Source: Cyanophora paradoxa CCMP329 (lineage: Eukaryota; Plantae; Glaucophyta). From it: a stretch of 64,000 nt of DNA. The notes beneath the pieces were generated by a model. The model was not told the DNA's origin, did no database searches, and was given only the letters and a program-made list of their open reading frames with translations. The stretch is from assembly GCA_004431415.1 (NCBI GenBank), contig QPMI01000089.1, positions 1 through 64,000 of the forward strand. The letters are read 5' to 3'. Of this stretch, positions 63,901 through 64,000 are shown one piece after another (within the stretch, counting starts at the first letter, position 1; each line of letters opens with the position of its first letter). A program made the position numbers and the translations under genes.

Positions 63901-64000
63901 TTATATAATTAATCTCCTCTCAATCTGCTCCACCCTTTATTTCCTCAGTACATTAATATTCCTCTAGCCGGCCAGCGCTAGCTGGACTGGCCGTCAGCCA
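60971..64000 (+). repeat. Host repeat family, two tandem units of about 1.6 kb, related to 3393-6533
   Basis: About 61007-62410 realigns with about 62627-64000; same internal subunits. Confidence 0.9.

Overview
Eukaryotic, GC-rich, intron-containing (probably protist/algal) host DNA carrying two related integrated Polinton-like viruses (PLVs) about 4.4 kb apart. Element 1 (E1, 6534-29056) looks structurally complete. It has 427-bp TIRs, TG...CA ends and a 6-bp AACAAT target-site duplication inside a host repeat. It encodes pPolB, rve integrase, MCP, two penton-like genes, an A32 ATPase, a patatin-discoidin protein, a fibre cluster and two HNH-AP2 endonucleases. Element 2 (E2, about 33442-60970) has about 1.2-kb TIRs and a syntenic morphogenesis/fibre module, but a different replication module (AEP primase-SF3 helicase, a degenerate endoVII-type PolB, a RING protein) and a prokaryote-type AdoMet decarboxylase. 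One deletion has removed most of its MCP and the N-half of its ATPase. E2's left end interrupts a spliced host GBP/atlastin-like GTPase gene at about the position of its P-loop. E2's right end is truncated against a host repeat unit. The fibre genes are mosaic, with near-identical shafts and divergent C1q/lectin tips. All annotations come from motif recognition by eye; no searches were run.
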